From the NCBI GenBank assembly GCA_000165425.1, contig CT868396.1, forward strand, positions 208,826 through 272,825: DNA of 64,000 nt. The letters are read 5' to 3'. Both the position numbers and the translations under genes were made by a program. Source of the stretch: Paramecium tetraurelia (Eukaryota). The notes beneath the pieces were generated by a model. It made no database searches and was not told the origin of the DNA. It saw nothing but the letters and a program-made list of their open reading frames with translations. Of this stretch, positions 41,416-53,740 are shown piece by piece; position 1 is the first letter of the stretch, and every line of letters starts with the position of its first letter.

Positions 41416-44410
41416 TCAAAATTAAGCAAAACCTTGCTCTTTAAGATATTTTGTTGCTTTATTCTTGTTGAATTTACCTAAGACGGAGAATGTTAACACA
41501 TCATTCACTTGGATAGTTTTCTAATATTTAACCATATTACTATACCTTTCCATCTTTAACACTAATCTTATTCTGCTTATTCACTTTCAATTGTTATCCT
41601 TCCTCCTCAATTTGCTTGCTCAATTCCTCTACATTGAAATTGTTCTCACCAAAGGCTCCATAGATGAAACTGTCTGCAACAAACAACAGACCCTTCTTGG
41701 CATCCTTGAGTTATTGGATGTACTTTCCAATTTCACTGAAATAAGCAGTTGGATTTGGTTCAGTTGATTGAATGAATGTTCTTTGATTTGGACCATCAAT
41801 AACATATTTCAATTATGACTTGATCAATTCAGCCTTGAGTTACTAGTATTATTAAATGATATCATACGTTATATGCAGATTCATAATGTTTCTTCTCTTA
41901 GAAAATCTTGCTGCCTTCTTCAACCAATTGAGTCTTAGAAATTGACCATAACTTGACCAATGAATTGATCATCTCTCCCTCTGAATTTAACACTTCAATG
42001 GTCTTCACTCCAGCAACATAATAGAGTCTAACAACACCATCTTGTAATTTCTAAGTCTTAAGAATTCTCACCCATCCTACTTCTGATGTGCTGTCACAAT
42101 GGGTACCACAACAAGCTTCAACATCTATTCCATCGATATTTACAACTCTTAATTCATTTCCTGGTACAATACCACCTTGATATAATCTGAATCCATATTC
42201 TTTTTCAGCATCTGCTTTATTCATAAATCCTTTATTGATTTGTTTTGCAGATAAGATGATTTTATTGACTTCATTCTCAATGGCTTATTCTTATTCCTTT
42301 GACAATGGTGCAAAGTGAGTAATATCAAGATGTGCATTGTGAACACTCTTATGAGCACCATTCTACCAAACATGAGGACCAAGTACTCTTCTGCATGCTG
42401 CAAATACAATATGAGTAGCTGTGTGATGATTTCTCAAAATTGATCTTCTTTCTAAATCGATTTCAGCTAAAACATCTTAACCAACATATGTATCAACTGC
42501 ATTTGGTAATGGTTTTTCTAGGATATGTAATACAACCTTGCCAACTTTTTATACGTTGTTAACATAATGTCTCTCTCCTTAAATAGTTAACCAACCTTAA
42601 TCAAAATCTTAACCACCACCAAATGGATAAAAGGCAGATTGATTCAAAATCACAATGTTAGGAAGATTCTATTGTTAAACATTACTGAATATAGTAACAA
42701 TTTTAGCTTAGAATTTGCCATCTTTTGGTGTTTGATAATATAAATTAGTAGTTTCTTGTAAATGAACTGTGTTATAAAGAATAGCTTCAGGTGCTTTAGT
42801 AATTCTGGCTGCTCTATCTGCCAATTCAGCATATAAATTACCAGGGATTGGCAATTTACTAATTTGACTAATAGTATCAGCTGGTATTCCATGAGTACTC
42901 ATAGCAAAGATCCAATCATCAATACTTAATTGATTATTCTTTTATTTCAATAATTTTTCTAATTTAACTTTTTTATCATCATCTGTTTTAGCCCATCTTT
43001 CATATTCTTATTTGATAATTTAATCAAAACTCTTATATTCTCCAAATGGACCATAAAGTTTAGCCAAGTCGTTCTTGTGTTCTTAAAATAATTACAATAA
43101 TCCATCCATTCCTAATTTATCCCACCAATTATTCTTCTTCAACACTGCAAATACTCTTCTGATGATATTTCTAATATTGGAACCACCACCAACATTTGAT
43201 GGTAATGATCCATCAGTTACTACCATCATGACAGTACGTGTATGATCCAAAATGATATACATATCCTTCAATTGTTCGATTTCCTTCTTAATAGTTTAGA
43301 CATCATATCCAATTTATGATGAAATGAATTCCCAAGTCTTATCAACATTTTCTACTTCATCAACATTCAATAGACAACTGTATGGTCCAAATGCTTTCCA
43401 AACATCGTTTGAATATTCAACTTATAACTTTTATGCCAAGAATGCAAATGCCCCAGCAAAGACATCGAAGGTAACTTGTAGGTGTACCATTGACTAACCA
43501 AGGGATACGTTCCAATCCAATTCCTGTATCTATGATTTTAATTGGTAATTCTTCGTATGATCCATCATGGAAATATTTGTATTGCATAAACACCATGTTT
43601 CCTACTTCCAATCCATTGACGAAGTATTCTACTGATGGACCCAAGTTTCCACCTCCTGCCCAAACATCTTCAATGAATGTAATATCATCTGGATTGATTT
43701 CTAACTCTTCAGTCAACCATCTATAGTTGAATTCTACACATTCCTCCTTAAAGAACACATATTTGTCAGGATAATTGAATGTCTATATACCAAGCATGAT
43801 AAATCCTGAATAATGTCTTCCTGTTAAACCAATATTGTCGAGATCATTGAATCTCACACAAAATTATGGACAAATCAAAGGATTTGCTGGTGGATCCATC
43901 TCACCTGTTACACAAAATGGTTAGAAACAATAGATTCCTGCTGCTACATAATCAACATCATTTCTCCATCTTGCCACCACTGGATATCTATCAATTGCTG
44001 TGCATGGTACTCTAGCACTTGTTAAAGATTTCTTGAATCCATTCCAAGCATCGGCATATGTTATTTTATTTCCTTTTGCCCCTTTACCTGTACCTACACC
44101 AATGAAGGAGTATTTCCCTTCACAACTAAAAAATTATTGATTTCTTCAATTACTTTGAATCTCCACAAGTGGTCTTCTTATCTGTGTGTCTCCAAAAATA
44201 TGCTCCACATTTTGGACATTTGCATCTACTAAACCCAAATTTATCGAAAACCTTGGTTGGGTAGAACAACTCTGGGTTTGCCTCAAATTAAGGTCTCACG
44301 ATCCTTTTTGATTTCCTATTTAAAATATTCACAAGTCACTCTACCTTTGGGGTGATAGCCTTTATGGTTTTGACTTCTTCTATGGTCTCTTCGAATTCCT
44401 TTTATTACAT
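41416..44410 (-). CDS. alaS: Alanyl-tRNA synthetase, archaeal type (apparent 1-nt frameshift at ~43470)
   Basis: [16 protein letters not shown]...[69 protein letters not shown]; editing HHTATH and EACCGTH motifs. Confidence 0.95.
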
Positions 44411-44599
44411 CACTTTCGATATTTAATATAAATGATTTGTTTACAAGAAACGTGTTTTAAATAGTCTAATAATTATCATTTAATATCATTCAATCACAGA
44501 TGTGGCTATAATATAGTATTATTCGGCCATTGATTTTTTAATATATAAGAGAACTCAATAAGTCCCTTTACTCACTTAATATTATATTCAAATAAATAA

Positions 44600-45669
44600 A
44601 TGGATTAATTGATATAAATCAAAGTAATTTGCTCTTCAATTTCCCTTTTCAGTAGTACAACTGTCGCTCTATTATTTTTATCAAACCCAAGTAATTCATT
44701 ACCTTTATATAAGAATTGAGAACGCCAACCTTTCGTTTAGTCCTCCAACTCCAGATTGCTGATGCTCTCTTTGCCCTAGCAAGCATTATCAATAGCAACG
44801 ATGACAGTAATGGGCTATGGTAAGTGATGTCATAAATAGTGTATTCCAGGCATTTCTGGTCAATTACAGTCGTGAATCAAGTATAGTGTGGATTGGTATT
44901 TTTGCTTACAATATGTGTGCCACAATCGTTGATAATCAAGAATTGCCAGGTCTTCTAAAATTCTATGTTGTTGCTATAGGTAAGATTATTGAATCCAATT
45001 ATTCTAGGAATTCCATTCATATTGAGTGCTTACCCATTCGCTTGGGATGCCTATGGGTTGAATTATTCAATGTGTTGGTTATTACCAGATAGCATCGCAT
45101 TAATGGTTGTCGATTATTTGGTTCTTTGTATTGGCATACTGTTCTACATCATATATTTTTATATAAAAATATATAACTTCTTGTATAATGTTACTGAGGT
45201 AAGAATTGAATTGAAGATTATTAGATGAAATCATATAAGCTATTCCTCTATCCTCTTTCTTTCCTCCTTACTCAAATTTGGACCATGATTGATATATTCC
45301 AAAAATACGACCAATATAGTGTATGAAATTATGTTTATAGACAGTCCTATGCATTCAAAGATGTAGCAGTGGCATTTGTGAGTCTCTAAGGTTTCATAAA
45401 TTCTCTGGTTTATGGGTTGACTCCTCAAGTCCTAGAGATTATCAAGGCTTTTTGTTAATCAATCAATCAGAAGGAGAAGCAGGAAATGCAGATAGCGACT
45501 CAATGTATTTATCATTAAGGATGAAATAGAGGATTTCGACTCATCCAGATAATAATCATTTATTATGCCTATGGGATTTGACACTAGAACATCTAGTGAC
45601 ACTAGTGTATAGAATGGCAAATTCAATCAATAACTGATTATTGCAGTAAAACAACAATAAGAATTATGA
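44600..45669 (+). CDS. 7TM receptor, cAMP-receptor-like (CAR/GCR1) GPCR
   Basis: Multiple hydrophobic helices; LQIADALFALASI, FQAFLVNYSRESSIVW, YGLNYSMCWL, LFLYP, SLQGFINSLVYGLT; several tiny introns. Confidence 0.8.
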
Positions 45670-46022
45670 TGATATATTATTATTGTATTCAATTACATCA
45701 ATATAATTTATTGACATTATACCTCTAGATTTAAGTAAGTCTTGAAAACTAATTCTTGATTTATTTAATCTATGTTAGTTAGACAGAATCTTTTAAACAA
45801 GAGATTTGACATTGCTCATTTAGAAGAATTTTAAAGAAGTAGTCTAAATTCTATATAATATTGATTTTTGAGTTTCAAATTATGGATTATAATATTTAAA
45901 CCTGGAATAAATAATTATCATATCAGATTATAATAATTTTACCTTACTCAGTTTAATAATCAAATAGATTTTATCCATTGATAGTGTAGAAATATTATTT
46001 GATTTTAAATTAATTTTATATT

Positions 46023-46875
46023 TCATATCCAAATAATCATGGTGATAAATGCCATAATTAATTGGAAACTTCCACTACTCTTTATTTCTATTTGCTTTCT
46101 ATCATCAGATTCGCTCAATTTGATTTTGATCTCCTCCTCAATTAAATCTTAAAATCCATAGTAAGAGTCATTAAAGTCATCTGTTCTATTGGTGTTATTG
46201 GAAATGCCTGTTGAATTTGTAGAATTAGTTGAAGGATTAGCTATTTTTAGATTTTATAATTACCTTCTGATTCATTCCAAGGCTTATCATCATCTTCAGT
46301 GTTCTCATCAGTATCCTCTTCTTCATAGTCTTCTTCCTCTGCTGATTCATCTTCCTGATCATCAGTTTCATTCTCCTCCACTTTAGGTTAATTCAAAGTT
46401 TAATTATTTCTAAATAATATTATAAGCCATTTACAGAGTTGTTTGATTTTAGTTAGCTTATTAGGTTGCATTTGGGGGATATTAAGGTGGTTATGAGGGA
46501 GGAGGTAAAGGTCCTCCTTCTGTAGTTGCAGGTCCTGGACGATTTGATCCTTAATGGGAATCTTGTTGATAATCCTAATGTTTTCCTCCTCTCTCAGGAA
46601 CTTCATTGAGAAGACGGGTAAATGGTTGTGACTGGATTAGTGTATAGAGTTACCAAACATTTATTGAATCTCTTGCTGTAGTAACATTCATTTGTTCTAC
46701 AGTTTAAAGGATATGTGGCATCTATTTCAGTGCACTTTTCAGGTCTTGGTCTGCACTCTCCTTAAGTTAATTGACAACTTTCTTGGTATTCCACATTCAA
46801 GGTCAAACATTCCTCAAAATTTCTAGTAAGGCAAGATGAATTAACAAAGCCGAGCAACAAAAAAGTAAATAACAT
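46023..46875 (-). CDS. Secreted, probably GPI-anchored protein with 8-Cys N-terminal domain and Pro-rich/acidic stalk
   Basis: MLFTFLLLGFVNS signal, 8 Cys, three introns, C-terminal SSGSFQLIMAFITMIIWI*. Confidence 0.8.
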
Positions 46876-46888
46876 ATTATTATTATTA

Positions 46889-47495
46889 TCAAATAAATAA
46901 TTACAACATCATAATAGGTATTATTAATTTAGTATAAGATGAACTAGTAAAAAATCCAGGGTCTTATCCATCTTTCTTATCCAAAAAATCCTCTTAATAA
47001 AAATCTAGCTCCTGTATTTCAAAAATAATGGTATCTTATTTTGAATAGTCAATCTTCTATTCTTCCAAATTAGTGTTAAGAATGTCAGAATTCTAATTAA
47101 AATTACTCGAAATTTAATCAGAATTCTGGCTTGATTCAGAATTACTATTCTGGCTAGATTCTTCAATTTACTCATTCTATTTTTATTTTTTCGAATATTT
47201 ATTCTTTTTCCAGCCATTATGTTTGTGATTTAGAATTCTGTGTTAAATGTTCTAAATCGCATTTTAAGACTATTTTGATATTTCATAATATTACTTCGCA
47301 AATTGAGAGTTCTTCATTGAAATGACATTGGGATTCATGGCAATTTGACTCATTTAATTCATAACAATTAACTTATTTAGACTCACATAAATAATTCACT
47401 ATCTAACAATTATTGTCCTGCAGACATGTACTCATTGATCTGTCAGAACACTTTGAATGTACTTCAATCAATATCAAAAAGAAGGCCACCAACAT
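46889..47495 (-). CDS. Secreted, probably GPI-anchored protein with 8-Cys N-terminal domain and Ser/Asn-rich stalk
   Basis: MLVAFFLILIEVHS signal, 8 Cys, one 25-nt intron, C-terminal TSSSYTKLIIPIMMLQLFI*. Confidence 0.8.
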
Positions 47496-47629
47496 TTAAT
47501 TTAAAAAAATAAATTTATTATTTGCTTAGAAATTTAATAATATTCTATAAATATTAATTTTCTATAGAATGATCTACTGCTGGATAATTTAAATATAAAA
47601 TGGAATTTATCATATACAAATCATAAGAT

Positions 47630-49732
47630 TCATTTTCTAAGAACTTGAGATTTAATCATTCCATTATAGGTTGACTATCTCTTCATTTGGGATGGCCTTG
47701 TATTGGATTCCTTTTATTGCTATTGTGCTGCATGTTTCTAAGAAACTCGTCTGACTTGAGTCTGCATCTTCGAAATCATTTACTTGTGTTTATAGAATAA
47801 ACAAGGGTACATTAAGGACAAATGTCGAATTTGATCAAAGTAATCACTTCTTTATTGAATACTCAATTCGCCTTTATTCAAATATATTTTGAGTTGCATG
47901 AAGTAATCCAGTTTATTTTGATCAAATTCATCTGAATCTATTTTAAAGTGAAATTTCCATCTATTCCATATTTTATTTTCTGTCTATTGCATAAACTAAG
48001 CCAACAAATTTAATAAACTCAATATGGTTATTGAATCGAGTTTATGATGCTTAATGATTTCCATGAATTCTTCTGGCAAAATCAAATCTAAAATATAATT
48101 GGAATCCTTAAGATAGATGGGTTCATTCAATTATTGATGTAATTCCTATCTCAACTGTTTAAAATAACAAATGAGATTGCTTATGGAAATCCAAGAGAGT
48201 TGCTAATTGTTTTTCAAACCAAATAGAATGCAATAAAAATGATGTAATGAATGTTGTGTATAATCCTTTTAAGTCAAAAGATGATTTACAATACGATTGA
48301 GACGATCATTGTCATTCATCCATTCTCTGAAGATCACACAAACATTCTACATTAAATCATCGTAATTGGTTAGATACTCTAAAAACTAAATTAGCTAATT
48401 GTCATAGTCATTCTCAACTTCTTATTCGTGTATTTCTATTTTATTAAAATGCAAACAGAAAGGATGCATATTAGTAAATAGTTCATAAAGAGTCTTATTC
48501 TCCACATACTAAGGAATATGAAGAATAGATTGAGCATATTGATGAGGTTGCTTTAAATCCTCTTACAATTTCTTTTATTGTACCAATATTGATCCCAATT
48601 ATTTGAAGTCCTTTTGAAAATCACTCTTTTAATCAAACAATTATCGGTCATATTACTTAAAGAGGTTCTCCAATTCTAATGACTTTAAACCAACTGCATT
48701 CATTCTTATCTCTGCCTATTTCAAATCACTCATCTGAAGTACAGCCTATTTATATTCATTAAACTCCTATTGGATGGATAATATTTAGGTTTCCAACGAA
48801 TCGCATTTTCTTTAGTATTGTTACTCCTGCAATTTAAATTCCTTTTCTGCCCTTATTAATTTGTCTTCTGTTAGATTCTTTTGTTAGATTGCCTCTTCAA
48901 ATTATTACTTAAATTACGAGATTTGATATTCAATATAGTCTGTACAACTCTTATCCATCCATTACATAGCTACATCAATCAAGACCACCCAAAATTTCCA
49001 AAAATATTCTAAAAATGTGGCCAATTTAATGTCCATTCTAGAAACCTGTTTAATTAGGAGTGTTACCATTTCTGATACCATTTCCATTGTGTCAGATAAA
49101 TGTTTTAATTTAAAATTCTCAGCTGGAGTCTATTGTTGATTAAATATTGATCCAATAATCTTCTTATCCAATTGCTGCAAAGTATTGTAAAATATAAACA
49201 ATATTTTACTATCAAGATTGCTTTGCATTTTTTCCTCCTTCCATCTCTATATTTCGTACTGATTGCTCAGCAATTAAACCTTAACAGATTCTGACAATTC
49301 TGTTATACTGTCAATCAAAAATTCGTGATTCCTTGCTAAAAAGCTGTTCGATTCAAACAATAACTGAATAGGCACTATGTCCTACTCCGTTTAACTTTTT
49401 TTTATTTCCAAATATTCCTTACTGACATTATTACTTTTTGTCTTGAGTTCCCTATCCTATAATCTCCTTTAGGATTTCGTCAGGGAAGGACAACGAGAAA
49501 GAGATAACTAAGAACTTGTTAACAATTGTCCATTCTATCGAAATTTATACAATGCCGTGTTAGGTGTTTTTGTATAAAATAATTCAGTTTTTGTTTTCTT
49601 ATGAGTTGTTCTAACTGTTTTAGGTTGTTTAAAATGATCAGCCAAATTAGAGCAAAAATCTGCATCATTAAAGATTAGATCTGTTTCAGTACCTAAAGTT
49701 AATTTATTTGCTGCCTTAATTTTAGATTTCAT
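47630..49732 (-). CDS. Hypothetical coiled-coil protein (~700 aa)
   Basis: MKSKIKAANKLTLG... to ...KSQVLRK*; 2103 nt, divisible by 3; Q/E/K-rich; checked at both ends and by spot translation. Confidence 0.75.
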
Positions 49733-50482
49733 ATAAAAATATAATTATATATTTATGTATTTCTATGAAATTAAGCATAATCAATATGTTAATTTAATAA
49801 TTCATTATTACATATATCTAAATCAACTCTAGTAAAAAAATAAATAATTCTCTTATTTACTTTAATTAAGATAACCTTAATTTTTAAACCTTTCTGTTAC
49901 TCCAAATTTTAATCAATTTTATATATATCAAGCTCTGTCATCTACAGAAATGATTAACAGTATATATTTATTATTTATTGATTGAGCATATGAATCAAAA
50001 TATCTTTACTCTTTTTACTAAGCCAAATTTCTATTTTATAATAACTATAAATGATTTGAATATGTGATAAAGATATTTAGTAAGATTTTAAAACATTCTT
50101 GAAAATTTTTAGAATGTCAAGCACTAAGACTGTAAAAATAGTAACAATTTACAAACTTATAAACTTTAACACCAAAACAAAATTCAAATATGTCTCCAGT
50201 TACAAATAACCCCTGATTGTGAATTAGTAAAAGATCCAGTTTTTATAGAAGTTAAAAACTTCCAAATTAGCAGAAAAGAAATTTTACGCTAAATATTGCA
50301 GTACGCTTCCTGTAAATGAAAAACTAAAACCACTAAATTATATTTTAACAAACCAATAATGTTTCATATGTCTTTTGAATCTTATTAATTTTTTTTAGCA
50401 GTAAACTAATCACATGCAAATAATTAGATAGCCAATAGCCTCATTAGAATAATAAAATAATATTTAATATTTATAAAGTAGA

Positions 50483-52013
50483 TCATTTTTTTTCATGTAT
50501 TAAAATTCTATAAGGTCTAACATCTTTTGAGTCATTTACCACAAAATAGTGAACACTTTTCATCCTCTCACTTTATCTAATCTTTCTTGGATTGACTCTT
50601 GACATGAGGATTACAGCAAATTTTTTATTACAAACTTAAGTATAGTCAGCATATCCATCATTAATACAAACATTAAAATTATTCGAAAAATAAATTCCAT
50701 TTCTTACTTTCACTTGGTTTTTGAATTCATCAACACAGAAATCATCTGAATAATGATTTCTCTAACCAGTTTTTAGATTATTTTTCACAATTGAACTAAC
50801 GCAATGTTGCTTTGTACCATGGTACATAATCCTCCATTCATTCGCGTTACCATTCATTAATAACCAATCTTCATTGTCTCCATATTTTTTTATATTTAAC
50901 CCAAATCCATAACAACCTCTTGGAAAATAATAATCATATCTATATTCAGGAGGTCCTCTCTCTTCTTTCTCTTGAAAACTATCCCATTTCATATTGTGCT
51001 AAGGATTTAAATCACTAAATGAAAGTACAACTCCATTTGCACCTGCTTAATCAAAATAAACTAACTATTCAATATTGCCATTACAATATTCGTTCAAAAA
51101 TTTTTATGCTTAAGGATTATTTTTAATCTGGTTTTAAATCTCTTAGATATTTTTTCCTGTAATTTAAAATTTAATTTCAAAACTTCCTTTTGATACTCCC
51201 AAAATTTCAAATTTTAATCAATTGAAATATTAAGTGAATTTGATAGTTTTTATTTAAATTCTAATAAATGCTATTCTAATAATTAAGTATCATTCACAAT
51301 GGAATCATAATCAAGATTAGTGTTTCTAACTTTAAGACAAGACTAATCAGAACCATATGCTCCTAAAATTGAATCAAATCCAAATGAAAACTATTAACTT
51401 GTTGCTAGTAATTCTCTATTTTAATCTCTTAATAACGATTCCTTTAACAGATAAATGCTAATTCAGGATTTGAAACCTCAATTTTCTACTTTACATGAGG
51501 AATTGATTTCGCTTAACCTGAATCCTTTAATTTAGTAAATAGTAATTATTAATATTAATTTTTATAGTATTATTTTTGATTATTTGTAAGTTCATTATTA
51601 TTGTCTAACTTTTATATTTCTTAGTTTAATGTCACTATTTATTGCTGAATTGGTTGTTTTTAAACTTTTTATTATATTGCTGTCTATTTAACAATTGGTT
51701 ATACGATTTATTCAATCATTTCCTAATATTGTAATCTTATCCTTTCATCCTCTTGCTCTTATCTAATCTTTTCTTATTCAACCTTCCTTATATTTTCTTC
51801 TTCAAGTTATAATATCCTTTCTTGCTCTTATCTTATTTTTTCTTATTCATCTTTCCTTTTATTTTCCTCTTCAAGCTATTGTATCCTTTCTTACTCCTCT
51901 CTAATTTTTTCTTATTCAGCCTTCCTTCTATCTTCTTTTTCAATTAATTTTTTTCTTTCAATCTTTTCCAATTCGTTTTTCGTATATTGAAAAAACTTAA
52001 AAAGAAGGTTCAT
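50483..52013 (-). CDS. NEURL4/PARP-like ADP-ribosyltransferase-fold protein, copy 1 (two apparent frameshifts; possible pseudogene)
   Basis: RGPPEYRYDYYFPRGCYGFGL...EWRIMYHGT...NGIYFS...GYA...VILMSRVNP...DVRPYRIL; relative to copies 2/3, 1 nt missing at ~51455 and 2 nt extra at ~51211. Confidence 0.8.
51750..51945 (-). repeat. ~69-nt coding tandem repeat (RKxEQEKIRxEQERIxQLEEEN) in ART copy 1; expanded equivalent at ~55000-55340 in copy 2
   Basis: Repeated units of the type tttttcttattca.ccttcct / cttcaag / cctttctt on the + strand. Confidence 0.75.
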
Positions 52014-53740
52014 TTATTTATATTTAGGATTGTATTTCTATCATAAAAACTTATAATTAAAACTTTATTCAATTAAGAAGGAAATAATAGAATTAATTTT
52101 GTTTTATTTTTTAATTATAATTCAAATTGGGTTGATAATAGAATTTCAAATAAATTTTTTAATTCCTCAAATAATTTTCAAGTATTGGGTAACACAAATA
52201 AAAATATTCTTGAATATTTTCTGTTGAGTAAAATAAGAGGATTGTATATTTTAAAATATATTTAATTCTACATTTCTAGAAATCAAAATAATATATTACA
52301 TATTATTCTTATTTATTATAAAGTATCTGATATTGTTATTGCTACTTAAAGATGCATCTAATTGTTAGATAGAACTAAATTGTTTTCTCAATTTCTTTTT
52401 TTTTAATTTAAATTGTTATATTGATGATTCTAGAGAGGATACTTAATGATGAACATCGCAAAGATTGAAAGGAAATAAATATGGAAATAGAAACGATAAT
52501 TACAAGGTCTAATAATTTTTTATAATTGCTAATTTATTGTATATTTAACAATTCTTAATAATATAAAATTCTACAAAGATATTTAACCAGCATTTCATAT
52601 GAAACTAAAAAAATATATTAAATTTCATCCTCAAAGATTTTTTATTCTAGTTTTGATTTTCTTTTAGTATACAAGGTACATTATTAAGTGTGTCTCAAAT
52701 AGGATTATTTACAATAATCACATCTTATTTGTTAAAATTTTGTTTTCGAAGCTCATTTAGTATGAGACATAATATTAATGCTAGGTTAATTATTAAAACA
52801 ATCATAAATAGGTTAATTCAATCAATACTTATTTAAGGATTATAGAACTACTCTTGATTGGTAAAAAATTATATCAAACTATTTTGGGATATTGAAGAAG
52901 CAAGCCCATAGGTATTCATAATCTTCGACTCATTTTTAAGTTCGGAAATTGATTTAAATGCGGTTGAAGTTTATCAAGCTAATTTTGAGTTTTTAGATCT
53001 TCCAATTTCATGATAACATATGATTAAATATTTTTTCCAGTTGTATCAACTGATGGGCCCATCAATCATTATAGACATAAGTGATCGCACTTAACAAAAC
53101 TTATTAGTTCATAAAGTATTTTAACTTATTTATTTTATTTTAAATCTCATTCAATACAATTAAGGCTAAATTTAAATAAATTGAATAATGAAGTATTTTA
53201 TTGATGCTATCTAACATGTTTATTTTATGTATGCAATCAAGATCTTTCCCTAGGGAAGCACAGACTAAATAATTGGATTTTTTGATTGATTTTACCACAA
53301 GAATCTAAAATTATTGAAATTATCTACATTTTAATTAATTCTATTCATAATTTTTAATAACAAGCAGAAGAATACTTTAAGTACGATGGCATTATCATTT
53401 GGAGTATAGTTTTTGCATTCAAGATTTTCAGAATATATAGGTAAAATCAAAAATTGTAATACTGAGAATAACTAGAGTGTGTATCCTTGATTAAATACTG
53501 TTTTAAATTAAGTATAATTGAGGATGCAAGTAACAGTCTGCACAACCAGAACTGCATAGATAAATAAAATTCTTCAATTTCATCCTTAAATTGAATTATA
53601 GTGGAATAACATATCTTTTATGATTTAATAGCTAAAATTGAAGTAATCATGATTGTTAATTGGCTCTAAAATATATAATAGAATTTAAAATTATTTATAA
53701 CTCTTTTTAAAATAATAAGTTTTGGATTTCATATAGTAGA

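Noticed and set aside
45690..45978. Short minus-strand open frame between the GPCR and the GPI-type gene
   Set aside because: No motif, and it would run into the GPCR CDS; TGA-only stops make such frames common by chance.
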